From contig OZ024745.1 of assembly GCA_964016885.1 (NCBI GenBank), positions 125,488,001 through 125,552,000 on the forward strand: a DNA stretch of 64,000 bases. The letters run 5' to 3'. A program made the position numbers and the translations under genes. This document shows, piece after piece, positions 28,339 through 39,949 of this stretch. Source of the DNA: Eledone cirrhosa (lineage: Eukaryota). Below the pieces are notes generated by a model. That model was not told where the DNA came from. It did no database searches and was given only the letters and a program-made list of their open reading frames with translations. Positions within the stretch are counted from its first letter, which is position 1; each line of letters begins with the position of its first letter.

Positions 28339-28372
28339 AAAACTAATATCTATATACAAAATTATCTCCCAT

Positions 28373-28560
28373 TGTGGATTGGCAGTATCGGTAGAGGGTT
28401 GGACGCCATGCTTTGACACATAGAGTTACGGCCCTTGCCATTCTGAGTTCAAATCCCGCCGAGGTTTACTTTGCCTTTCATCCTTATGGGCTCGATAAAA
28501 TAAAGTACCAGTAATGCACTGAGTAATTGCTGGCCTTGTGCCTAAAGTAGAAACAATTAT
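28373..28560 (+). mobile_element. tRNA-derived SINE (same family), plus-strand copy
   Basis: Nearly identical to 25392-25575. Confidence 0.85.
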
Positions 28561-29106
28561 TTTGACCAGTTTTACAATATACCCTGCATCTAAAAATGTT
28601 ACCAGCTTTAAAATTTGGCTTAGTGATTAGGGCATTGGGCTTACAATCATGAGGTTGTGAGTTTGATTCCAGGACTGGGCAGTGTGTTGTGTACTTCTGC
28701 AAAACAGTTTATTTCACATTTCTGTAGAAACGAGTTGCAACATTACTGGTGCCTAGCTGTAACAGCTTTTCTGAGGACAACATCAGTGGTATGGAGAGGG
28801 GAGACTGTTATGATTGGGTGACTGATGGTCTTACACAACCAGCCTTGCCTGGACTCTTATGATCGAAGGAAAACTTTCTTAGAGCAAATCCCATAGTAAT
28901 TCATGACCAAAGGAGGTCTTTTTATATATGTTGAATGTTTCCTAAAATTCACTCCATCCATACCACTTCATGGCTCTACCACCTCCATACACATACTGAC
29001 TTCACACTCTGTAACTTAGCTGTACCATTATATCAGCATATCTGAAGCTAAGCAGCATCTCTTATGACCATACCACATAATGTTACATATACATATAAAT
29101 ACATGT

Positions 29107-29144
<38 letters not shown>

Positions 29145-29328
29145 GTACATATAATATATATATATTATAAAGAGTCAGGACTTGTAAGCAGAGTGCCAGC
29201 CATTTCAGCAGCTGTTGGGTCTCGACTCTTTATAATATAGCCAAACTCTACTGTCCCAAGTATCGAGTACTTTGTTGAATAATGGCCTAACTATGTTCAA
29301 ACTGGTTCTATCCTCATTTATAAATATA

Positions 29329-29478
29329 CAGGTAAACTTCTGTTGTAACGAATCTTTCAGAATATCGAAGATTTTTCCAATCCCCGCTTTGTTTCAGTCG
29401 ATCTCATTATAAAAAAATGTTTGTATAAAAAATTTTTTTTTAATACCCCGTCAATTTTGTTATAACTTAATTTCACTG
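29329..29478. mobile_element. Tigger/pogo-like MITE
   Basis: TA|CAGGTAAACTTCTGTTGTAACGAA...TTTGTTATAACTTAATTTCACTG|TA; degenerate TIRs. Confidence 0.5.
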
Positions 29479-29679
29479 TATATATATATATATATAGCAT
29501 GAGGATATGTATATATATCCTATATATATATCCTATAGCATTAGGATTTAGCTTCATGCATAGCTGTATACAGATATGTATTAGAATTTCGTATCTCTAA
29601 AGAAATACGGTATGTTTACTGGTAAACATTTAGAAAGCCGTAGCTATGCAAAACATCGGGGCTAACACCCTCCAGTGGT

Positions 29680-29772
29680 GTCCAGCAGAAGTAAGGAGGA
29701 CAATCGTCGATGCATTTCGAACTTAACTGATTCTCATCTGGACGATCCCTCCCACACATGCGACTGCTGGAC
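29680..29772 (-). ncRNA. Minimal type I hammerhead ribozyme with U4A core and extended helix I
   Basis: ATCGTC CAGATGA GAA tcagttaag TTC GAAA TGCA TC GACGAT (29746-29703). Helix I is extended by GGAGGG/TCCTCC and GTCCAGCAG/CTGCTGGAC; the ATGCAT stem-loop III is palindromic. Confidence 0.7.
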
Positions 29773-29961
29773 TTGAAAGCAGGTGAGAATATATGGTTTT
29801 CTCATCTGTATATATATAAAACCATCAATGATTAATTTGTATACGCAGCATATAAAAATATTTTCACAGATTTTTTTAAAAGCTTTATGAGTCATTTTAT
29901 ATGTTGGAATATATATAGCATTAATGAACTTTGCAATGTTATAAATTCTTGCTATACTTAC

Positions 29962-30669
29962 AGGAGTCCATTTTCTGAATGTCCACTGATATCGAGATGG
30001 AGGTGGTTTGTACTTGGGCTTCGAGGTAGTAACAGTTGGTAATGGTCTCAATGAAGTCTTATTTGTTTTGTTTTTATGGCCACTTCTGGTTTCATTTTTA
30101 GTGGGATTTCCATTATTTCTGTTGTTAACATCAGTTCTAGGATGCAGATTTTTCTTTTTACCATTACTAGTATTTGAAACATTAGCTGTGGAAATTGATG
30201 AAATTGTAGATACAATACTTTTGGTTGTACTACGTCTGGTGTGTGGTCTTGTTGTAGAAACAATTGTAGAGGTAGCAATGTTGGTAGTAGCAATAGTTGT
30301 AGATTTTGCAGATGTTTTAGGTATAGTTTTTCTTGGAACACTAACAGTTGTCTTTCTTGTCAAAGTAGGTACAATTACATTTGGTCGCACAGTTGTTGTC
30401 ATCTTTATAGTTGTTGTTGATGGTGATAATGTTGAAGTTGATGATGAGGATGAGGATAATGTAGTAGTTACAGTTGTTGGCATTGGGGATGAGGTTTGTG
30501 TGACTGAATGGTTTCTATTAGGCCTATTTATTGTGGGTGGCAACATTTCTGTACATGACTGTATATTACAGTGTTTTTTGGAGCTTGGTTTTAGATCAAA
30601 ATCACATAGTTCCATACCAACACAGGTAACATCCCGATAGTGGAAGCCTCCATCACATGATCTAGAACA
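29962..30669 (-). CDS. ADAMTS7/12: ADAMTS7/12-like exon: TSP1 repeat plus Thr/Ser/Pro-rich mucin-like domain
   Basis: tttag| acceptor and |gtaagt donor; 708 nt, 236 codons, phase 0 to 0. CSRSCDGGFHYRDVTCVGMELCDFDLKPSSKKHCNIQSC is followed by a T/S/P-rich tract ending YQWTFRKWTP. Three TSRs then a mucin domain is the ADAMTS7/12 architecture. Confidence 0.95.
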
Positions 30670-31275
30670 CTAAATAAAAACCATAATTTAAATTAAACAA
30701 CAGAAATAAAGATAAAATTAAACTGAGTAATACATTTTTAGAATATTTAATTAGAAATTTTAACCAGCAAAATTATTTTCAAATCAGGATCATCATCTCT
30801 CAATATAAGCATATATATTTCCCCTTTTAGTTGTTTAATCATTTGACAAGCGATGCTGTGAAAATGATGATGATGATGATGTGATGATGATCATCATCAT
30901 TTAACATACACTGTCCCTGCTAACAAGGGTTGGATGGATCTTCATAGACTGAGTCTGTACTGAACCAGGGCCACTGACGCCCCAAATAGGCTGGATTCAC
31001 ACATCTCGCTTACATATTTTTCAGCATTCTACCAAGTGCATTTTATCATGGCATCAACACTAAAGAGGTTTTCATGTCTTTGACACAACTGGAGGGTCCG
31101 CCCAACCATTTGTTTGGCAGGTTTTCTATGGCTGATGCCCTTCCTATCACCAAACACTTTACACCATGTATTGGGTACATTTATAGTGTATATCACCAAT
31201 TCTAGTGAGGCTGTCATGTTCTTGACATAACTGGAATATCCTCCCAACACTTTGTTTGGTAATTTTCTATGGTGG

Positions 31276-31346
<71 letters not shown>

Positions 31347-31445
31347 ATTAGAAAGTGAACAACACAATATAACTACACCATTACCAAAGGTGTCAGGATC
31401 GTAGACAATATTAACATACATCTAGTTCACTCATCAGATGAAAAG

Positions 31446-31487
<42 letters not shown>

Positions 31488-31588
31488 ATAATAATAAAAT
31501 TGAAGACTAAATCCAAAGAAGGCTCGATAAGGAAAATATATATCAAATATATAAGAACCGAAGAGCAAATATTTATTAAATATTTATT

Positions 31589-31639
31589 AGTCTCAGAAGA
31601 TCCCGTTAAGGGTGAAAGCACCGATTCTTTGCTTAAACT
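31589..31639 (+). ncRNA. Hammerhead ribozyme variant (family C copy)
   Basis: agtct CAGAAGA tCCC gttaa GGGt GAAA GCA ccgattctt TGCT T aaact. Confidence 0.55.
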
Positions 31640-31655
31640 TTAATCTGTTATTTTA

Positions 31656-31709
<54 letters not shown>

Positions 31710-32390
31710 CTTGTTGCCACACATCTCGGAGGTTGTTTTTCGTTATTTTGTAGGCCGAAATGCGATTCTCGATAATTTATGTTTGTATTAATCTCCAGAC
31801 TCTAGCTATTGACCAGTTAATTTTCTTGATTTTTTAGTTGATTCTATTGACTGATGAATAGCTTATGTTAATTTTAACCCTTCTGTTGAGAACTCTATTC
31901 GATTTGTGATGTTTTTGCATTCTTGCAATAACATACACGACTGAATTCATTCGCCTGATATAGGGGTTGCGTCCCTTGCCGATCCCCACGTGGGGTCAGT
32001 AATAGTCAGTCCTTGTATTAACATTGAACTAAAACCTGTTGAGAAAGTGGCTTCCTTGTTCAATCATCTTACCAGAAGCCTAACATTATTTATGTAAGCG
32101 GACAGTACTTGATTTAGGAGCCACAGAAACCCAAATACTGGATTTTACCAACCTTCCAGGGGTCCGGGTAAATTTTCAATCACAGATATTTTTTATTTGT
32201 TTGACTCGAATTACTTGATCGTTTTTTTTAGCTATGCGAATGATTGTTTAACCATCGTCTCAGTGTGTTTGGCCTTTAACGTTTGTTATAGCTCTGGTTC
32301 ATCTGAATCATTGAGCACTTGCCACACATCTCGGAGGTTGTTTTTCGTTATTTCGTAGGCCGAAATGCGATACTCGATAATTTATGTTAA
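31710..32390. mobile_element. Partial-tandem non-coding element in (TA)n (family B)
   Basis: About 70-nt terminal direct repeat TTGCCACACATCTCGGAGG...GATAATTTATGTT at about 31713 and 32319; a diverged inverted homolog lies at 1950-2148. Confidence 0.6.
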
Positions 32391-32452
32391 TGATAATTTA
32401 TGTTAATGATAATTTATGTTTATGATAATTTTTATATATATATATATATATA

Positions 32453-32960
32453 TTTCGTTTCTGAATTTGTTTAGCAAGATTCTTTATCTGAAAACGTGTG
32501 TTGAAACCGATATTGTTATACTTTGGGAGGATCATCTTGCTAATAAGAAACACATGCACCAGTTGCTTTCACTCCAATTTATTATAAATTAAATTATAAA
32601 TTTAAAAATTTATAAATTTCCGGTTGGTTGGTTCCACAACCGGACGGTTGTTCATATATTGTCAAAGTTCTTTCGTCACACATTCACCCGGATGTAACAC
32701 ATGCGCAAACTAAGCGCACAACACACAAAAACAAGATGACATAGGACAGAACAAAGGAGAGGCACAAAACAAAGAAAAGAATCCCCAGTCACAGAGGTCA
32801 CAGTATGTGTGGCCAAAGAACTTTGACAATATATGAACAACCAACCGGAGATTTATAAATTTTTAAATTTATAATTTAATTTATAATACATTGGAGTGAA
32901 AGCAACTGGTGCGTGTGTTTCTTATTGGCAACATGACCCTCCCAAAGTATAACAATATAT
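32453..32960. mobile_element. Second copy of the family A fold-back element
   Basis: Same ends as 850-1300, a differently arranged interior, flanked by (TA)n. Confidence 0.65.
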
Positions 32961-33161
32961 ATATAGTCTGCCCCATTAAGTTGCTGTTTTGATCCGATTA
33001 CATATGCCTTGGGAAGATGGGCAGCCTGTATTTGATTTATTGAAATTGGAGGGTGAATATAGTTTGGTTTGGTAGGAGTCATGAGTGCAGATTAGCGTTT
33101 GATTTAGGGTGTTTGCTGTGGGTTTGTCAACTGAGTGGAGCGATAACGGTCTTATTTATGC

Positions 33162-33205
<44 letters not shown>

Positions 33206-33210
33206 GTATG

Positions 33211-33242
<32 letters not shown>

Positions 33243-33432
33243 ATATATAATATATCCAGGGAGTGTAACTTGGAGTTAATGTAGGTTCACCCGGGTGAGC
33301 ACTCGATGTTTAGGTTCACTTCAGTGTTGAGGTGTAGAGCTAGACAGAGTGTATTATAGTAAAATAAAATAAAACAAGGATGCCTTACAAACCCCTTACA
33401 ATGGTAATGGATTTTTTCCATTACCATTGTAA

Positions 33433-33520
33433 GGGGCCTGATGAGCCGTGGATTACAGAGTCGGGCTAGATCAATACAGATCGAACCATGAGCTGGTCAG
33501 TGGCGAAACACACGTCACCA
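33433..33520 (+). ncRNA. Type I hammerhead ribozyme with long loop 2 (family E)
   Basis: gggc CTGATGA GCC [54 nt] GGC GAAAC acac GTC acc; canonical core, short stem I. Confidence 0.65.
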
Positions 33521-33574
33521 ACCAATAAACGTAATGAAGGAGTAACCAATCGTCCTTGTTCTATTTTATTTTAC

Positions 33575-33605
<31 letters not shown>

Positions 33606-35610
33606 ATATATATATATAGTGTGTGTACATCTCTTTGTTATATTTGTGTGCACATCTCTTTCTGTTATACCGCAGCCATAAAAAATAAACATCTCCACAA
33701 CCCCTGAAAATTGAATGCGTTCAAATCAAATATAATTATTCCACTGAGTAATAACATTGTAACAATTATGGAAATATAGTTAGAGTCATTGGCTTACCAA
33801 AGACCACTCACTGACAGACCAGTGTCCACATATCATGTTAGAGCAACGAACACTTGACGCTAATTTTGTGGCATTGTCACAGCCAATAATCGGATCTTCA
33901 CAAACAACCTCTCGTTTTTTCCAGCCACATGGATTGTCCTTGCAAGTCTGAAATTACCAGAACACAATAGAAACATAAAATATTTGACGTACTGGGATAT
34001 ATTTTTAATTTCTGTCCAGAATAAAACATATTTCTCATAAAACAATGTTTTCAGTTCTTTTTAAAATGATTTATTTTATATCATAATTTGATAACATTAG
34101 CATGGTTATTTACAAATTTCCAATGGACCATTTATTGGTTCATTACATTTCTGATGGTGAAAGTGACAATTATACAGAAATCAAAAAATTTATAAAAAGA
34201 CATCTGATTTATTATACCAACATGGTTTAACCTAGACATACCTAAAACAAGGAGAAATACTTTTATTTAACTGTTTATTATTATTGTAAACTGTAAACGT
34301 ATGGTATTAACAAACTAAAACAAGCTGTAGCTTTCTGAGACAAATCTATATTTGTTGATGAAACAGTCTTAGATCAAAGGCATTCCAGCTATGACTATCT
34401 CATCTCTCTAAGCATAGTTTATCTTAAATTATTGTATTCTTTATGTCTTTCCTTCATTAAAATTTAAATAGCTGCCAAATGTTTCTCCAATCACATAGTG
34501 TAGATTTGAGAGGGATTAAAATTTTTGACAAGATAGGATGCATTAATATCATTTTCTCTTCAAGCTGTAAATACATACATGATAAATAAGTGACGTAATT
34601 CACTAGTGTTAAAAGCAACTTCATCAAACTACTGATATATAAAAACTAATTACTGCTGGCTCTATATAAATATTGTTTTAGTGATAAATTGTATATAATT
34701 TCAAAATCCTGCCTGTATTGAATTAATTAACTTAAAGTAGAATTTGATGATAAGAACATTGGTGATGGTGATGATAAGAATGATGAGAAAGAGGATTAAG
34801 AGGATCAGGATAAATGTAATTAAAATATTAATAATGAATAGAACGATGATATAGATGATGAAATTATTGACATCAGCAATGATTTGTAAGAGAATAATGG
34901 TGATGATAATGACACTGACAATGATGATGATGATTTTGATGACGTCAATGACAATGATGATGATCATGATCATGATTAGAATGCAGAAGACGATAATAAG
35001 CATAGTCTTTATGGAAATATGAAAGTCACATGTACAGGCTGAGAACTTTACTAATCTGACTCCAAACAAAAATGGAAGCAAATAAACAAATACTTATAAA
35101 TTTATCATCAGCTAACCAAATATAACTGAGCATTACAATAAGAGTTCACTTGAGTTTATTATTCCAATAATCCAGAATATGAAAAAAACTGCAAAATCGG
35201 ATAATGAAAGTAGTCCCATCTGCATCCAATAGATGGCATGCTATAAATGATAGGATGGATCAAGCTCATAATAAAAACAAGTTTTATAAATATATTGGGA
35301 GGTTTATTTCTTCCAGATTCATCCAATATGTTTCTATAATGGCAAATAAAACCTCCATGGAAATCATTGCACACATTGTTGTCAAATAGTTTCAGACAAG
35401 TTCTTTGACAAACAGTAGAATTGATGCAAAATTATTAGATTGCATATAGAAACTGATATTGCATTCAGTGGGGAAAAAATGGTTATTGTTGCTTGGTACC
35501 TACATTGCTGTTGTTTATCTTTAATCATATCTGATGAAAGAAAAAAGGAATAGAAAAGGAATGTTTGTGCACAGCGTGTGAATGGTCATACATGTTTTAT
35601 AGCTTTGCAC

Positions 35611-35656
<46 letters not shown>

Positions 35657-36064
35657 TGTTTGTTCTGGTGAGTAGGGCTAATGTTCCTTTGTTTGATTAT
35701 TTTGGCAAGGATTCATCTTCTTACAGGGGTTTTGCTGGCCTGCCATGACCAATGAGGCAAAATAAGTATAGCTGGATTGTGTGTGGATATATATATATAT
35801 AAATGGAAAAAATGAAATTTCGTTTCTCACTCTTAGTATGGCTGGTACATAAATATAAGTATGTATACGTACATACATATATGTATACAGACGTACAGTA
35901 GTATGTATATGCATACATACAGGCACACATATATATATGTACGTATGGGTTTACCGAACATTTATTGTAATGCTCGGTTTGTTTGTAAACAAACAGCCCA
36001 AAATTATTAGCCGTACAGTGTTCGGCAACCATCGTTGCCCTTTTGTTCAACACTGACAAAGGAA

Positions 36065-36105
36065 CGATGAACTAGTTTCTAGCTTATTAGCTGTCATCAG
36101 CATCG
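36065..36105 (-). ncRNA. Minimal hammerhead ribozyme (family F), left arm of palindrome
   Basis: CGATG CTGATGA c AGCT aata AGCT a GAAA CTAG T T CATCG; 5-bp stem I and palindromic AACTAGTT stem-loop III. Confidence 0.75.
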
Positions 36106-36265
36106 TATACCTTACTGTCAATCGATTGAACGTTTGAAAGTATATACTTTCCCTATGCATATTAACGGCTGAGCAGCCTAATTTGCATATTAGGTTGCTC
36201 AGCCGTTAATATGCATAAGGAAAGTATATACTTTCAAACGTTCAATCGACTGACAGGAAGGTATA

Positions 36266-36306
36266 CTGTGCTGATGACAGCTAATAAGCTAGAAACTAGT
36301 TCATCG
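36266..36306 (+). ncRNA. Minimal hammerhead ribozyme (family F), right arm
   Basis: ctgtg CTGATGA cAGCTaataAGCTa GAAACTAGTT catcg; stem I partly mutated. Confidence 0.65.
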
Positions 36307-37378
36307 TTCCTTTGTCAGTGTTGAACAAAAGGGCAACGATGGTTGCCGGACACTGTACAACTAATAATTTTGGGCTGTTTGTTTACAAACAAACCGAGCA
36401 TTATAATAAATGTTCGGTAAACCCATACGTACATCATATATATGTGTGTGCATGTATGTATATACATACTACAGTACGTTTGTATACATATATGTATGTA
36501 TGTATGTATATATATATATATATATATATATAATTCTCAGACCGCATGATGTGTTGTTTCCTTGAGTAAGACACTTTATTTCACATTGCTCCAGTTTACT
36601 CAGTTGTAGAAATGAGATGATAGGGATTGGGGTCCATATCATTCCACTGCAAAGTGTCGTGGAGGTGCCACGGCAAAAAAAGCACCCACCACTCACTGTA
36701 AATGAGGTTGGTGTTAGGAAGGGCATCCAGCTGTAGAAATCAAGCCAGAATCAGTTCCCGTCCCACCCTTGCAAGCAGAGAAAAGCAGACGCAAAATGAA
36801 ATGATGATGATGATATAGTAGTAATAATAAGTACAAAGACCAAACTCCAGAGAAGACTTGGTAAGAGTGGTTATATATAAGTGTATACAAACTAGTTGAG
36901 CACAGATTGTGCTAATAATACCCATGCAAGCGCAAGCATGGAAAAACAGAGGCAAAAGCAATGATGATGATGAATATGTTCTAATAATATATATATATAT
37001 CAAATTAAAAAATAGAATTAAAATCTCCCATTAATCCTTTATAATTTATTTAGCTCCAGTAATAGATTCCGAGATCTTTATAAATGAACATATAGAGAGA
37101 AGTACACATAGAGATAAAGAGCTTGGAATCTATTCCTTCAGCTAATTAAATTATTAGGGGATTAATGTGAGCTTTTAATTCTATTTCTTAATTTGATATT
37201 TTGGCTCCTAATAAGAAGAGCTTCTAAAGTTAAATGGTTCTGAGCTGCTGTTTTTAGCAGTCTTTTGGTCTATTCACACCACCATGGGCTATAAAACGCA
37301 TATGTATTTCCTCTATACTATGCATGTTTTCTTAGTTATCTGATATATTTATATGGAAGTGTTGATCGTATTGCTAGG

Positions 37379-37460
37379 CACCCACTGATGAGCTACATCT
37401 ACAATATAGATTCTTCACTTTTTATAGCGAAACATGCTCTTATTTGAGCATGTCCGAGTG
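37379..37460 (+). ncRNA. Type I hammerhead ribozyme (family G)
   Basis: caccca CTGATGA GCTA [29 nt] TAGC GAA ACATGCTC ttattt GAGCATGT C cgagtg; 8-bp stem III, GUC site, stem I partly decayed. Confidence 0.75.
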
Positions 37461-37617
37461 ATGTTGTTATAATCGGATGGTTAGTACTCTTTGATATATT
37501 CTTTTTATTGATTTGTATTCACCATTCCTTCCGTAGGTTATATGTTCATGACTCTGGTGGTTTTTGATCCCCTATAATTGAACACATATCTCCATGTGTA
37601 CTTCGCTCTATATGTTC

Positions 37618-37706
<89 letters not shown>

Positions 37707-38720
37707 CATTTAAGTTTGGTGGTTCACCACTGGATAGAACTGGTCATTCCGTATAGCCAACTATGATATAATATTAGGAAAAGCACTCGGCATTATGCAA
37801 CTCATCCATCTTTGATGTAGAATCTTGTTGGCGGTGTGAGAATGGAGTTAATTATATATATATATATAGGAAAATCAACAAATCGTGGGCAAGACATCAA
37901 ACAAAAACAGTAAAATGAAAAAGTTATTTTTTGAAAATAAAAATTCAAATGAAAGACACTCCATCAGCCATTGAGATGGACTTTGGCAGTTTCGACCCCT
38001 ACCAATGCACTGCTGCTCCACACTGGGACACAGCATTTGACACAAGTCAAAGTGCCATCCAATGGAGTAAGTGACGAGACACCAACTTACAGCAATTAAG
38101 CTATGAGAAGTACATAGAATTTCATGTGATGACAAAGAAAAGATATTGTGCCTCTTATCGCATGAATTCTCGTGAGTGAAAAGAAGAAAAAAAAGAATAA
38201 AGCAAAGGAAGGGAAAAAAGGCAAGAAAAAGAAAGCAAGATATTGTGTTCAAAAATGTGAGCCATTGAAATTAATGGGGGCAGAAGAAAGAACATGTTCA
38301 TCACAGATTATTAATGATAAACTTAGGAAAATTAACAAAGAGAGGACAAGACAATGAACATATATATAGGAAGAAAGAGAGAGAGAGAGAGAGAGAGTGT
38401 GTGTGAGTATTTATAATTTTGAAAGGGTTTAGCCTGCCCCAGATATTAATTACAGATAGGAGTAAATAAATATGTTCCTGTAGTCAATCTTATCAAGAAG
38501 CATTTAACAAAACCAGTCCATTACTATATACATTACTACCTATTCACATTTGCTAAAATAATGTATTAAATCCTGTATTTCTGTATTAAAGACTGGCATG
38601 CAGTTGAAAATGTTATAGAAAATATCTAAAAAAGTTATAGAAAATGTACAAAAGATATTAGCTCTGTTTCAACATTAAGTTCTAAATTCTTTCTTAAAGT
38701 CAACAATAAAATATACTTAC

Positions 38721-38940
38721 ATCATCCCATGGACTACTAATCCATCTACTGATTTTAGGGCAAAGAACATCTGTATGGTGACAGTTTTTCTCATGATTTG
38801 GCTTCTTTTGTCCATTACATGCTGAATCATTCAGTGCCATCTGTTCTTTGTCTCCAAAACTTCTCACACACATCACTGTTCGACGCTGGATTCCTGAGCC
38901 ACATGTTACAGAACAATGCTGCCATGGGCCTTCCCACCAC
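38721..38940 (-). CDS. ADAMTS7/12: ADAMTS7/12-like exon: TSP1 repeat
   Basis: tttcaag| acceptor and |gtaagt donor; 220 nt, phase 2 to 0. WWEGPWQHCSVTCGSGIQRRTVMCVRSFGDKEQMALNDSAC...WISSPWDD; the C.RS.G..EQ.AL motif is typical of ADAMTS7/12. Confidence 0.95.
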
Positions 38941-39949
38941 CTTGAAAGAAACACAAGTTATAAATCTTATAAGATGGAATTAGCAAACATATCTATACCC
39001 TTTTGTTACCAATCTTTTATTTAACAATATGGTGGTGGATTGGCAGTATCGGTAGAGGGTCAGATGCCATGCTTTGCAGCCAAGGTTAATTTTGCCTTTC
39101 ATCCTTACAGGGTTGATAAAATAAAGTACCAGTCACACACTAGGGTTGATTTAATCAACTTCCCCTCCCCCAAAATTGCTGGCCTTGTGCCTATATAAGA
39201 AACCATTATTTAACAATACTGTTTAACACACACACACATAGATACACATGCGCGTGCGCGCGCACACACACACACACACACATAGATACATGTGTGCACA
39301 CACACACACAGTGAATTTCAGTTTGTAATTTTATGAGCCAAGAAAAAAGAAAGAACTTAATGTAAATACACATTATTTCAATTGATTAATGAATAATTTT
39401 GAAGGATTTCTTAAATTATTCATTACTTCATTACTAGGTAGCAAGATAATATATAGTTCTGATATAATATTATTTTGGGAAATTTCAATTTAAATAGGAA
39501 TCATTTAAGATGGATGGCTTTGTCTCATACCACTTGAGCCAGTTTGGTGATGGTAGGTATCAAAATGGCTAAAGAAACTGAAATACACTTGAAATACACT
39601 GAAATACAAATGTTGCACTTCCATCAGTTCCAGCAACAAGACTTTACTTTTTGTTATTTTTTATCTTGAAAGTCCCAAATAAGGTGTGAAGCTACTTAGT
39701 GCAAATGAATATGATGAAGAAGAAATTGAGATGAAAAGGTTGAATTTAGTTGAAGAATGATTTCTAGTATAGGCACAAGGCTAGTAATTTGGGGGGAGGG
39801 GAAAGTCGATTAAATCGACCCCAGTACATTACTGGTGCTTTATTTTATCAACCCAGTGAGGATGAAAGGCAAAGTTAACCTCGGCGGGATTAGAACTCAG
39901 ACCATAAAGGGCCGAAATTCTATGCTGCTCTACCAATACTGCCAATAAG

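Larger units (their letters stand above)
35860..36510. repeat. About 650-bp palindrome with roughly 320-bp arms, centre near 36185
   Basis: Arms are reverse complements with scattered mismatches; mirror ORFs MSVLNKRATMVA appear on both strands in the ORF track. Confidence 0.92.

Noticed and set aside
29210-29275. Twister-ribozyme-like TAA...GTCCCAAG
   Set aside because: The required pseudoknot partners and P4 pairing are not convincing, and related copies read ACCCTAAG or ATCCTAAG.
30008-30640. 210-aa Val-rich plus-strand ORF
   Set aside because: Antisense shadow of the Thr-rich mucin exon.
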